64,000 nucleotides of DNA from Octopus vulgaris. Lineage: Eukaryota. The number at the start of each line of letters is the position of its first letter. Position 1 is the first letter of the stretch. This document shows positions 39,123 through 52,093 of the stretch, piece by piece. The notes under the pieces were generated by a model. It was not told the origin of the DNA and searched no databases. It saw nothing but the letters and a program-made list of their open reading frames with translations. Position numbers and translations under genes: made by a program. The stretch is from the NCBI GenBank assembly GCA_951406725.2, contig OX597818.1, forward strand, positions 20,026,001 through 20,090,000, given 5' to 3'.

Positions 39123-41129
39123 AAGTGTGTATGAGTATGTATGAGTGCCTATACAATGATTTAACATCTGTTTTTTTCTTCTGAAAGCTTAAATGTGCAT
39201 TATATTTATAGATAGAAAAAAAAAAGTGAAGTGTGTGGGTATGTATATGTGGATTATGCACAACACACATGAATATGCATGAGGTGGGGAGGCAGACAGA
39301 CAGAGGAGGGTGAAGAGTAGAGAGAAAAGATCAACTAAATTAGCTTCACAGTTTCCCTGCGGAGTGGACATTTATTAGGAGGACACCAGACGGAGCCTAT
39401 ACCTAATTGCTCAACCAGCTAAAAATAAGAACCAAATCTCCTCAAATCACAACCTACTCTCTTTAAATAAAGAAACATTCAACAATGAGGCCCTAAATAC
39501 ACTGTCTCAGAAAAACAAAAAAAAGAGAGGATGGTCAAAGCCACATTGCCTTTAGATAATATGCCTGTTAGGCTACAGCTGACCTGGAGCTAACACAACA
39601 ACAGACAGATGGACATAGTCAGATAGTGATAGGTGGGTGGCAGGGACAATTCAGATCAATTTCCTCTCATCATCATTCTAATTATCAACATTTTATACTA
39701 GACAAAGTATAAATTATGTAGGCTACACTCCACACACACATACTCACACAAACACCTAGAGACTATCTGAAGCTTTCTTCAGGTTAGCAATGGTAATAAC
39801 AGTCTGATAATGAAATAGACCAATTGCTCTTTCCGAAGTAAATGGATTGAGAGACCAAAAATAGACATAGCTCAAACAATAAAGGTTGGTTATTTAAAGT
39901 ACTAATTAAGTGAAATGTGGAGGGAGAAGAAGTAATGTGCAAATTATACAAATTAAGACATACACACATACATATGATTTGATGAACAAATGAGAAAAGG
40001 AGAACTCAATAAATGTAGCAAAGTTTATTTTAGTTAGTTGAAGCTGATGCTGCACTATGTTGCTTCTCTGTTTCTTGATTCTTTTACAACTGCTCAGGCA
40101 CAAAAGCAAATGCACAAAGTGTAACACTCAGAGTAGTGACACCGAACAGAGTCCTCAGGCACCTCTTCTGTAGGGTCCTATCAGAAGTCAACAACATAAG
40201 AATTCTTGGCTGGATTCTCAAGCATGACCAATTGAGACTATGGATGTTATCTAAGTATCATGTTCTCAGTTGACCTTTAGGTCTCCTGCTAGTTAGCTCA
40301 GCTGGAAGAATCCACCTTGTGATTAATTCCTGCAGGTCACCTGTCTGTAGTACTGGAGCTGTGACCTCAATGTTGAGAAGTAGTAGCTCAAACAATGGGG
40401 GGGGGCGTGTGCATCGATGTTGATTTTCCATAGATTTGTTTGTCAGATTGATGTGGTGATGTGATGTTTACATTCCTTGCTGACATAATGAACAATCATT
40501 CTGAATTTTTGATGACCAGTGGAATAAGAGATACCTAATTTCAAAAACAACTAAGCATTGGTGACAGGATGGCCATCCAGTTATAAAATGTTGCCTCAAA
40601 TAAGTTCCTGTCCAACTCACGCTAGCAAAGAAAAGCTGATGTTAAATAAAGGAATGTACATGTGTGTACAGTCATATATGTACACACAAGCATATGTGTA
40701 TGTAAAAATGTGTGTTTGGTGTGTGTGTGTGTGTGCAAGGAAGTTTTATGCTTGTGAAGACATATCCAAGTTCATATTGTCACATAAACATACTCAACAA
40801 AAGACCAAGCCATCAACCTATCTAAAAACATATGACAATAAAGTATTAACGCATTTACAGAGACAATTCATATAAAATACATATAAACTCTATGAAACCA
40901 ACCCGATATAATTGCATGAGGCAATGCCTTAACTTGGATGAGAATGCTCACAAAGAGAACAATGTCATGGGAGGAGGTGGAAGCCTTTTATTCTTCTTTT
41001 GCTTTAGGGCAGACAAATCATAGAAGATTATTATAGAATAATCCTATAATCTCATATGAATAAAATGAAGATAATTCTGATTTCTCACAGTGTAAGAAAA
41101 CCAGACTAAGAAGTAACTTGTAATTTGAT

Positions 41130-41445
41130 GTTACAAGGAGTTTTGTTGGTCTCTCGCTAAACTGCGCCCCACACATAATAATCAAGGAGGTGACAGTCTC
41201 AGGAGTTAGGTGGCCAGATTTTAGGAGTGATGTGGTCACAGAAATTGTCTGACAGCCAATTCTGCTTGTGTGGCATGGTGCAGAGTCCTGTTGCCAGACA
41301 TAGGGTCTTCCAGTAGCCACCCTCTTGACCCAGGGCAGCACTACTTCCTTCAGTCACTTGATGTAGGCCTCCATGTTGAGTCTGAGGCCATGTGAGGAGA
41401 TGAATGGAAGCATAATGTCACCATCACTAGTGATCACTCCAAATA
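41130..41445 (-). mobile_element. Tc1/mariner (DD37D-like) fragment, same family as 2440-3000
   Basis: LPWVKRVATGRPYVWQQDSAPCHTSR and DYYVWGAV motifs. Confidence 0.8.
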
Positions 41446-41449
41446 CCAT

Positions 41450-41740
41450 AATGTTGACTGGGTGAGAGTGCAATGGGTGAATTGTCGCTTCTGTGCTGGT
41501 GGAATGTAAAAAGTACTATTTGAACATGGTTGATGCCAGTGCCATCTGAGTGGTTTCCATGCCGGTGGCACATAAAAAGCACCCTTTACACTCTCAGAGA
41601 GGTTGGCATTAGGAAGGGCATCCAGCTGTAGAAACCTTGCAAGATTAGATTGGAGCCTGGTGCAGCCTCCTGGCTTGCCAGTCCTCATTCAAACCATCCA
41701 ATCCATGCCAGCATGGAAAGTGGATATTAAAAGACAACGA

Positions 41741-41781
<41 letters not shown>

Positions 41782-42122
41782 AGACCTCTTGCAGTTCACT
41801 GTTTGAGAAGACACATCAAGCTAAGTAAAATCATGGTTGTCATTGCACACAGCCATGTCCCCTGCATCCTTCTTCAGCTGAGTGATCCTAATCTTGTGGG
41901 TGCTGGTGCCGCATAAAAAGTACCTGTGCCATGTAAAAGTGCTCATGCTGATGCTTTGTAAAAATATCCAGTACACTCTATAAAGTTGTTGGTGTTAGGA
42001 AAGGTATCCACCATAGAAACCATGCTAAAACAGACATGGAGCCCAGGCAACTCTTTAGCTGACAGCTCGTGTCAAACCATCCAACCCATGCTAGCATGGA
42101 AAGCTGACATTAAATGATGATG
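41450..42122 (+). mobile_element. Two tandem RTE-tail SINE or LINE 3' ends
   Basis: Two copies of ttaggaa(g)gg(c)atcca...ccatgc(t/c)agcatggaaa...attaaa. Confidence 0.75.
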
Positions 42123-42126
42123 GTGC

Positions 42127-42910
42127 GGGTGTGACTGTGTGGTAAGAAGCTTGCTTCCCAACTACATAGTTCTGGGTTCAGTCTCACTGCCTGGCACATT
42201 AGGCAAGTGTCTTCTACTATAACCTAAGGCCGATCAAAGCCTTGATAGTGGATTTGGTAGACAGAAACTGAAAGAAGCCTGTTGTATATATATTTATGTG
42301 TGTCTTTGTGTCTGTTTCCCACCACCACCATTGCCTCACAACCGATGGTGGTGTGTTTATGTCCCCATAAGTTAGTGGTTCAGCAAAAATGACTGATAGA
42401 ATAAGTACTAAGGAGGGAAGCACTCCGTCGGTTACGACGATGAGGGTTCCGGTTGATCCGAATCAACGGAACAGCCTGCTCGTGAAATTAACGTGTAAGT
42501 GGCTGAGCACTCCACAGACACATGCACCCTTAACGTAGTTCTCGGGGATATTCAGCGTGACACAGAGAGTGACAAGGCCGGCCCCTTGAAATACAGGTAC
42601 AACAGAAACAGGAAGTAAGAGTGAGAGAAAGTTGTGGTGAAAGAGTACAGCAGGGATCACCACCATCCCCTGCTGGAGCCTTGTGGAGCTTTTAGGTGTT
42701 TTCGCTCAATAAACACTCACAATGCCCGGTCTGGGAATCGAAACCGCAATCCTATGGCCGCGAGTCCGCTGCCCTAACCACTGGGCCATTGCGCCTCCAC
42801 AGAATAAGTACTAGGTTTACAAACAATAAGTTCTGGGGTCAATTTCTTTGATTAAAACCCTTCAAGGCAGTGCTCCAGCATGGCTGCAGTCAAATGACTG
42901 AATTATGCAA
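42127..42910 (+). mobile_element. Family A SINE interrupted by a younger SINE
   Basis: Head at 42127; the tail resumes after 42800 (agaataagtactaggtttac...aaatgactga). Confidence 0.85.
42411..42800 (-). mobile_element. Young tRNA(Arg)-like SINE with 13-bp TSD
   Basis: Minus head gtggaggcgcaatggcccagtggttagggcagcggactcgcgg...ggtttcgattcc. TSD agaataagtacta at 42398-42410 and 42801-42813. Confidence 0.93.
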
Positions 42911-42911
42911 A

Positions 42912-43006
42912 AGGAAGGAAGGAAGGAAGGAAGGAAGGATGGATGGACGGACGGACGGACGGACGGACGGACGGACGGACAGACAGACAGACAGATAGAT
43001 AGATAG
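42912..43006. repeat. Graded tetranucleotide array GGAA>GGAT>GGAC>AGAC>AGAT
   Basis: Directly visible. Confidence 0.95.
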
Positions 43007-43554
43007 TGGGGAGGGAAACAGGTTGCATAAAAAAGTTTTTTGAAGCAAGAATAACATCTAAAGATACTGTCCTATCAAGAGCTGTTTACTCAGCTCCACA
43101 GTGTGCAAACATCCCTGACAGAGAAACATGACAGTCAACAAGCGTCAGCAACAAGAACACTGCCAACTAACATACTACTACTACTACTACTACTACTATT
43201 TTAGATATACACCCAAACTGTCACACACAATATGTATGCATCATCATAATCATTTAATATCTGCTCTCCCCATGCTGACATGTTCCAGCTGAACCAACCA
43301 ACCAATGCTAGCAAAGATGATGATGATCAACATCATCACCATCATACACACACATAGATGTACACACACATACATGTACACACACACACTGGAAGCTGTT
43401 TCTTATTATACTCATGAATAATGTTATCAGCTGATTATTGTTTACTAAACCATGCCACTCCAAAGTGATCATAATAGGCAGCTTCGTCAGTATGTAAATA
43501 TAATATGTAGATATAATGTGTGTATATATTATATGAGTATGTATGTGTGTGTAT

Positions 43555-43912
43555 ATCTTTTATTTGTTTCAGTCATTGGACTGTGGTCAAGCTTGGGCAC
43601 TGCCTTCAATAGTCATAGTCAAACAAATCAACCCCAGTACTTATTTTTTTTAAAGTCTGATATTCATTCTCTTTTACTGAACTCCTAAATTATGGGAATG
43701 TAAATAAACCAACACTGGTTGTCAAACAGTAAGGGCACACACAAACACAAAGATACACACACAATGGGCTTCTTCCAGTCTGCCTACCAAATCCACTCAC
43801 AAGTTTTTAGTTGGCCCGGGGCCACAGTTGATTAATGTGCCACACAGTGGGACTAAACCTGAGGGCACGTGGTTGGAAAGCAAACTTCTTATAACACAGC
43901 CATGCCTGCACC
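43555..43912 (-). mobile_element. Family A SINE
   Basis: Reverse complement of the family A tail, body and head. Confidence 0.78.
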
Positions 43913-44029
43913 TATATTATATGTATATAAATATATATATATATATAATAAATTAATAAATAAAACATATACATATAGACATAAATATATGTACGTACCT
44001 ACCTCTACATGTATATATACATGCATATA

Positions 44030-44372
44030 TGGGTACAGGACACCAAAAAAACGTTGACACAATGAGAAACGAAAACATAAACACAAAACCAAGGAACTGG
44101 ACATTTTTCTTAAACAATGAAGAAATAGAGTACAGGACAAATAACACAAGGAAAATTCCCCTTCTTCAGTCACCATGGTTTCATCTACTCTGCGTTTTGA
44201 AGGTGAAGGCGATACGCATCTTCGATAGAAACTTTCCTTCCCGCGAAAAGCAAATTTAAATAAAATTTGAGATCTTTTTGCGGAGGGGGTAAAAATGGTA
44301 ACAAAAACAGGACAGTAACAACAGTACAAAATATAAACAGTAAAAGACAGGACAAGGAGAATAACAAGACAA
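44030..44372. repeat. Interspersed repeat inserted in (TA)n, possibly a solo Penelope pLTR
   Basis: Strongly A-skewed, CpG-retaining segment bounded by (TA)/(CA) runs. The classification is inference. Confidence 0.4.
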
Positions 44373-44409
44373 TATATACACACACACACACATATACATA
44401 TATTACATT

Positions 44410-45205
44410 TACACACACATATATCTATCAACATCTAACATCTATATTCCATGGAGGCATGGGTTGGACAGTTCAACAGGATCCAAGTCAGAGGCTTGTG
44501 TTGAATTCCATTGTCTACTTTGGCAAGGATTCTATGCTTGGATGCTCTTCTTAATACCAACCACATTAGAGTGTAATGGGTAATTTTTTACTGTCACTGC
44601 ACCAGCACTAGTGAGGTCACTAAGTAACCTACAAGACAAGAGAGCTCCTTGGGAGAGTGAGGGTGAAGTATTAAGAGTGGTGGCTTTATGCCAGGTGTTT
44701 AGACGATTAGGTATGATAGGAACAGGTGTCATATTGTAGGGGAGACACACAGCATCCCATCCTGAAAGAGAGAAAGAATGGAGATGAGGTATCAGGGTGT
44801 GTCCTTAAGTTACAAGAAGGTAGATAAAAACAGAATAGGGACCAAGAATCAAGGATGGCTGGGTAGGTAGATTTCCAGGAGTGTAAAAGGAGAGTGGTAG
44901 TTGGTAAAGATAAGGATAGGATGAGATACAGTGAATGATAAACACTGAGACGTTGGCAATGGTGAATCTGTGTAGGGGGGGGTATAAGGAATATTGGGGT
45001 AGGTCAGGGTGAAGGAGGTAACAAATGGTAATACATAGGAGGAGGGCTGGAGAGCAATCAATAGCACAATAAAATAGTTGACAGATAAGAAATAGAGAGA
45101 CGATGTGAAGTGTGGGGGAGAGAGAAAATGCACAGTGACAGAAGTGGATACGAGAGGCACATAGCGATGGATATAGTGAGGGACTGCAAAACTGAATGGA
45201 TGAAT
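44410..45205 (-). mobile_element. RTE-type 3'UTR fragment
   Basis: Resembles 36520-37550: tail motif ggatgc.cttc.taa..ccaaccac followed by a purine-rich tract. Confidence 0.6.
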
Positions 45206-45251
45206 ATATATATATATAAATTAATAATAAAAAGGTAAAAGTAATTAATTA

Positions 45252-45510
45252 GGCACAGGAGTGGCTGTGTGGTAAGTAGCTTGCTTACCAACCACATGGT
45301 TCCGGGTTCAACCCACTGTGTAGCACTTTGGGCAAGTGTCTGCTATGGACTCGGGCCGACCAAAGCATTGTGATTTGGTAGACGGAAACTGAAAGAAGCC
45401 GGTCGTATATATGTATGTGTGTGTTTGACCCCCCCCCCCAACATCGCTTGGCAACTGATGGTGGTGTGTTTACGTCCCTGTAACTTAGCGGTTCGGCAAA
45501 AGAGACCGAA
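45252..45510 (+). mobile_element. Family A SINE, CpG-rich copy truncated at the 3' end
   Basis: ggcacaggagtggctgtgtggtaagtagc...cttagcggttcggcaaaagagaccga. Confidence 0.88.
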
Positions 45511-47616
45511 ATGCCTTGCACTTTTTTTTTCTAGTTCTTTAGGTTGTTAGTTCAAATCTTACAGAGGACAACTTCGGAATTGATAAAATAAAATACCAGC
45601 GAAATCCAGGAGTCGATTTTTATCGACGAACCATCTCGCTACAAATTTGTAGCTTCGTGTTTAAGTTAGAATAGATAATTATCATTATTATCAATGGTGG
45701 AATCGGTAAAACGATGGACAAAACACTTTGTAGTATTTGGTTATGTCATTTTACGTTCTGTGTTCAAATCCCGCTGGGGACGACTGTAATTTACATGCTT
45801 CCAAGATCCACAAAATGAAGTACCTGTTAAGTGCTGGAATCGATCTGATCAACCACCCACCTCATAATTGGCAGAAACTGTTGTTAGTGAGCGTTGCATT
45901 GTTGTGGCCTTTTAGTGACGTACCTTTACGGACTAAATTCAAATCTCGTCGAGATGAACTTTACTTTTTAGTATTAGACGATTGGTAAAACAAAGTAGTT
46001 GTTTTTGTTTTTAACTACTAAGTCGGCCGTAATATAAAATTTAATTTCCAAGATACCTGACTACATTATCGAATGTATTTTCTTTAAGAATTTAGGATGT
46101 AATTCGAGGGTGATTTGGTTGTAATTTCTAGCAGCTCCAATTACCACTTAGAAAAGCCAGCGCCTCACTCGTTGACTGTGGTCTATGTAATAGATAATCA
46201 ACTATGCCAAAATATGCAGCCTTATGCAAGAAACCATTATCATTAAAATGCTGTCAGATGTACCTCCTTTGGCAGAAACGCAAAACAAACGAAATGTTTA
46301 ATTCCACCAAGTCTAAAAAAAAAAGAAAAATCAAAACGACAAAACTGCTATAGCTACACATTTGTGCAACCCTAATGGTGAACTAGTATCGTCAGCGGTG
46401 AAAAATATTTGGCCCATATATTTACAGCAAAAACAAATTTTCAATAAGAACAAGAACTTAGCAACTATTTACTATCATTACCACTAATTACTATAGAGAA
46501 AAATGACGCCTCAATGTAGTCGTTCCACTAGCTAGAAATAGCAGCCGAATTGCTCTTGCATCATACCCTCGTGAGTTTTTGAGTTGTTTTTTTTTTAAAT
46601 ACACACATAGCCCAGCGTAGTTCTTTACTATTATATGCGTCTTGTAGAACGAGTGGAGTAGTAAAACTTCGCCGGAAAAGGTAAATTAAAGTATTGGACA
46701 GAAAATTCTTTCACAACAGGAAACGACAATTTGCCATTTTCTTCTCCATGAGGTAGTAATAACTATTCCGAAAAGTCTGCGGATTAGAGTTTTCACTTGT
46801 CTCACAAAACGGGGGTGGGGGTATAGCAAAAATTCATCTTGTCCAGGACTACATCATCTTGTGTTCCTGGTTAAAAACAATGGTCACGGTTGGAACGGCT
46901 TTGACCATAAGTCCGCTCGATCAGGGACAATCTAAGCTAAACTAATTCCACCACAACTGTAACACAGAACTGTTATTTCGAAAGCTACAATACTAACAGC
47001 AGGCAATATAAACGAAATATCACTGAACCAGTATGTGTAAGTATGTAGTGAGAATAAGGAACCAGAACAAATGAGTAAACAAGAGAAACTCGAAGTGATA
47101 GCGAACGAATTAGATAAACTGTATATATATATGTATTGAGTACTTTTTCTGTGTTTACAAGTAGACAGCAAGTATTTAAAAACACGCACATATTATTCGC
47201 ACACACGTCTCCCTAATATTTTGACAGTTACTATCCACGTAAGTAGCAATCAATGCGTTGACAAAACAACTTTTACAATAATGAGGATTCTTTTGTTGGT
47301 ACTATGACACACAAATTATTATTGTCTGAAATCAACAATTATAAAATTAAGAAGAATGGACCTACATAAGACACAAAAATGTATATCCGTTGACAGTGCA
47401 AATGTTTTAACTATAGTAGTTCTGAGTAGATAATTTAGACACGAATTATTCGGAGGATAAAACATGTTTAAAAACGTTATTAAGAACGCCTGTAATACGA
47501 CATGTAATAATTGGAAATGTATATTGAGATACAATACAATAAAGGACTGCTGAATGGACATTAATTTTATCGAAAATAGAACCAAACTAAAGACAGCTTA
47601 AAAATATGTTACTAAC

Positions 47617-47625
47617 CTGAGCCAT
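47617..47625 (-). CDS. FAM177A1: FAM177A1 coding exon 1 (MAQ)
   Basis: Minus strand reads ccaatATGGCTCAG|gttagt. The phase-0 donor joins exon 2 in frame, and the site lies at the edge of a CpG-rich promoter-like region. The exon is short, so this is the least certain of the five. Confidence 0.7.
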
Positions 47626-48250
47626 ATTGGTTGTTTATATTCATATAATCGTGTTCGTTGAGAATCACCGGGTAGCAGTAATAGTAGTGGAATATAGGAA
47701 TAAAGGAATAAGTTACAGTGTTCGTATATTTTGTTATTCCGACCTATTTATTTTGGGCGATGTGATGGGATGGTTTGTTTAATCCCAAATCGGCAGTTTT
47801 TTGTTTTCTTTCGGATTAGTCTGATGGAAGGGGGTGTGCTCGTTACTTTCGCAAGCTCTCTAAGTCGACAGTTTCAAGGAAAAACCACGTGCAGGGTAAG
47901 AGACATTCCAGTGTATCGACGTTCTTGGACAAAGATTAGCTTTTGTAATTAGTATCCAAATGGAGGGGAGACAAGTGAGGCGGAGGTGACTGAGTTGACT
48001 CGAGATCATTTAGCAGAAATTTTGTAAAGCAGAATATTATTACTTTTGTCTCGCCTGGTGAGAATAGCAATACTCTCGAAAACTCGCGCAGTTTCCTTTT
48101 CGAAGGGCGCGCATCAGATATTCACGAGCACTTCATTGGTTCTCTGGGCCTCCGACCGATGTACGGACTGAGTCCCACTCTGTATAATAAGTACAGTTAG
48201 TTACATTTTTTCGCCTACGTTACGTTTCGGCCAATTGTTATTGTCCATAT
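47626..48250. promoter_or_regulatory. CpG-rich promoter/5'UTR region of FAM177A1, possibly bidirectional
   Basis: High local CpG density (e.g. gcgcgc, tcgcgc, ccgaccg), no recognisable repeats, a CCAAT box (attgg near 48137), and position immediately upstream of the FAM177A1 ATG. Confidence 0.6.
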
Positions 48251-49578
48251 TTGAACCTTTAAAGTACATTATAATGTTATAAAACAATGGTCTCTTCTGG
48301 GCTGCTATTTTTTCCACATTTCACGAAAGGAGAATTTATTCCGACTGAATGGTAAGCTTTTAGTTCTACCACTCAGTTGTGAGGTGCAGGGTTCACTATA
48401 GTAGCGGTAGAAAAGCTGGAGAGAAGACAGAACACATCTGTGGGTTAGAAGTTTAAGTGTGTTGGTGCCATGATTGAGAAAAGCAAAGCGTTCTAGCCGT
48501 GATCATCCCATTACTTTTTAAGACATGATTTATCTAGGACTCGATTATCCATTTTTTCTTAAACTTTGGTTTTAAGGGGGAAATATGATTTGAGAGCGAT
48601 CAGGTAAAACGATCGCGTAAAGGCTCCTTCGTTAGTTCGGGTTCTCAGTAGATTGGTATTGTTACCCAGATAGCACTGTTTTCACGCGAGTTTTCAATGC
48701 TAGTAGGAAAGGTATGAACTGAACATGTTTGCTTACTTAACAATGTCTATAAAACAACGTGCTTAAGATACAAAAGTAAAATAGTTAATCCGAGTCGTTC
48801 CTTTCCAAAAGGTTCACTTAAATACTTGAGAAAGGTATGAACATACATTCTTGCATCCCTTCCCTTGCATTCTCAACAGACGACGTATGTGAGATTTGGA
48901 TTTCTCATTTTATTTTTTCTATTTAATTTAATCAGTAAACAAAATTATTACTTTTTATGCATCTCTCCACAAGGCTCTAGTAAAATCAAAACTTTTTTTT
49001 AAGCTATGTAGAATGCGATAAGTTGAGCAGATCATTTGATCTACAGTATTAAGACACCCCTCGATTGGAGACTAGGGAAGTAGAAACTAGGATATAGCGT
49101 CTTTCCAAGAATGAATGAAATGAGAGATATGTCTTCAACTAAGAATCGAAACAGCATTGAAGACTATTCGGCTACACTTTTTACGTCACATCAAGTACTA
49201 AAACTTTACAATCTTTGATGATTTCTTGCAGCGGCTCCACATAAAACCGCATCTCACAGAGTAACCTCCCTCTATAGAGTTAGGAATTAGACGTCAACCC
49301 TGAATAAAAGTTGGCCTTCTACGAAACTCAAGTAAAAGCTGCAATGTAATACAGTACATATAAATGACACATTGATGAATTTATACATGCAAACATTGTA
49401 GGCCACATCAAAATGAAGACCATCCAACTGATTTGACAAAGATAAATTCACAATACACTTCAGCATGTATTTTACAAACGTGTAGTTCCCGGGTTTTTTT
49501 CCTGTTTCTTTTCCATTGCTATCACAATAACTACACCTCTTCTAACTTTCGTATGTGTACATACATACATACATACAT

Positions 49579-49637
<59 letters not shown>

Positions 49638-49784
49638 CTGGTGTGCCCGGTAATTCCCAAGGGTAAAGATGTTCTATTGAAACACCTTATTACTCTGATA
49701 TAAGAAAGCAGTTTCGTTATTACTGCCACAAAAGGTGTATTTTCCGTCACGAAAACGTACAAAAACTGTCAGCTGAAGGAGGGA

Positions 49785-50000
49785 AAGATTGTTGGAGGTT
49801 GGCGAGTGAGGTTTTCGGAGGTTGGTGAAAAAGACTGTCGGAGGTTGGTGAGAGAGGTTGTCGGGGGTTGGCTATAGAGGTCGTCTAAACTTATCTAGAG
49901 AGGTTTTCGGAGGTTGGCAGGAGAGGTTAGCGAGAGAGATTGTCGAAGGTTGTCGAGAGAGGTTTTCGGAGGTTGGCAAGAGAGGTTGTCGGAGGGAGAG
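49785..50000. repeat. ~21-bp minisatellite (gagaggttgtcggaggttgg) in the Helitron 3' region
   Basis: About ten degenerate units are visible. Confidence 0.85.
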
Positions 50001-50104
50001 GCATCTTTATTCCAAAATTTCAGTCTTGCAGGGCTTCGTGATACACAATGTTTTTGGTTTTGCCGTTGGGTGCATAGATGAATAAATTTTCCGGATTTCC
50101 AAAT

Positions 50105-52093
50105 CTAGAGCATCTGACATAGAGCTGTCCGTGAGAAAAAGCAGGTTCTGCAAAGATTAAGGCCTACCACTTCCAATATCTGACCCTGTGCTTTGTTGAT
50201 GTTCATTTCAAAGCTTAATTTCAGTGGGAATTGTAGCCTTTTGAAATCAGTTTGTGTGTCGGAAGGAATCAGAGGAATCTTTGGAATGAAAACATCTTCA
50301 CCACTTGCTTTCCCAGTCAGTATTGTTGCCTCCAACACTGTCTGCATCAATTTTTTTATAAGTCTTATGCCATTGCATAATTTTGGAGGATCAAGGTTTC
50401 TTAAAAGCATAACTGGGATTCCAACCTTTAGATGCAATTCATGCAGTGGTAGACCTGAAACGCCATCTACTGCGACATTTTTTGGCGCCAAAATTGCACG
50501 TTTTCTCAGCCAACAATGATCTTTGAATTGTGTGTTCAGATTGGAGAAAACTCTCGCCAATAGTTCGTGTATATTTGACACTAAATTGCCAAAGGGTAAA
50601 TTAATCTTCCCGTCCTGCTCAACAATTACAGCACTGTTTCCAATATCCATTAATTGCCCGCAGAAGTTCTCCATGCGCGCATCACCACCTAACTCCACTC
50701 TCATGTTTGTTGAGAGTTTCAACTTTCTAACCTTGCTCCAAAGGTATGAAGATTTGATGCTCACATTTACCTCATCTGCTCTCGTTCCTTTTGGAATGAC
50801 TAGGAGTGTTTGTCGAAAGTCTCCTGCAAGGAGTACTGTTAGGCCGCCCATTAATCTTGAGATGCGCCTCAGACCTTGAAATAATCTGTCAAGAGCCTCA
50901 AAAGCCCCCTTATGACTCATTGTTGCTTCATCCCAAATGATCGATTTGCACTCGGTGAGAATGTTTGCTTTTGTAGTGCCACGACTGATATTGCAAATTG
51001 CTATGTCTTTTTCTTTTTTTTTTTTTTTGAAAGGTCTAGAGGCACAAATGAGCTGTATGTCCACCATTTAACAGAGTTATAGCTATTCCACTTGACGCCA
51101 CGGCAAGGGCTATCTGTTTATTTTGTCGTAGCTTCGCCAAAATAAGATTGATAATGAATGTTTTGCCTGTTCCACATGGAGAATCGAGAAAGGAGATATT
51201 ACCAGTCTCACTATGAGTGAATGAAATAATGAATTGGAAGGCAGTTTTTTGTTCCTCGTTTAATTTGTGTTCATTATCAGCCACAAACGCTGCCATTTCT
51301 TCGATGTCATAATTGATCTCCCGTTCATATTCGATGTCAAGGTTTTCAGGTGACACATCTGGTTGAGGCAGACCCAAAAGCAGCAACTCCACTGCCATCC
51401 ATGGATTTCACTCGGTTGTCTAGGTCATTGAATGCCTCACTGTATTCGACAGTTTCCGATGGGTTCTGCCTTTGGATTCTGTGTAATTTATCCGCTGACA
51501 TGCTTTCTCTGTAATTTTCCCAAAGCGTTACAGGATCACTCAAGGCACATGTCATAAGCATGATGGAGAATAATCGGCGTAGTTGAGTTGGAATTTTGGC
51601 GACAGAGGCCTCGTCGAGTGTTTGGTGCTAGTGAGTATCATCTTCAAGTAGTCCATGTTTGGTAGAAGCCGCCCCTAAAGGTTGGACAGAGCTCTCCATT
51701 AAACACACGCAGATCTTGAAAACATGTAGGACCTCAAACAATGTGTAGGAGGAGACTTAAAAAGAAGCACTTTTGTTGATTTGGATGGACTGTGTAAACT
51801 CTCCCAATAGCATTGCTTTGAAATATCTCTTCTGCCTCATAGGCTGTAACTGGAGTTCCATTTATACGTTTTACCTATTTTTTTTCGTGACCAGGTGTAA
51901 TAGTCAGGTACTTCAACATAGAGCAAGGATCGGGCAAAATTGTCTGTTTTGCACAGGTTGAAGAGAGCTGTAAGAGTTGTTTGTGGGGAGTTGTTGAAAT
52001 TGCTGTCGAGCATTATCTTCCCTGAAATAGACACGCTCTCCGCTTTCAAGATGAACAGCTAGATTCACAGCCGTTGGATACCGTCTGTGAAGT
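50105..52093 (-). pseudogene. Helitron Rep/helicase pseudogene with frameshifts
   Basis: Consecutive broken ORFs (51913-52128, 51837-52049, 51346-51561, 51036-51398, 50105-51067) carry collinear Helitron helicase motifs. Confidence 0.9.

Noticed and set aside
44140-44235. CTGAAGA and GAAAC on the minus strand suggesting another hammerhead
   Set aside because: I could not build consistent stems I-III around the two boxes in this copy.
49785-50000. CRISPR-like spaced repeats (also 860-960 and 23145-23365)
   Set aside because: The units are contiguous degenerate tandem repeats inside eukaryotic transposons, with no unique spacers and no cas genes.
50105-51067. Host PIF1 helicase gene
   Set aside because: It is intronless, frameshifted, internally deleted and enclosed by Helitron termini.
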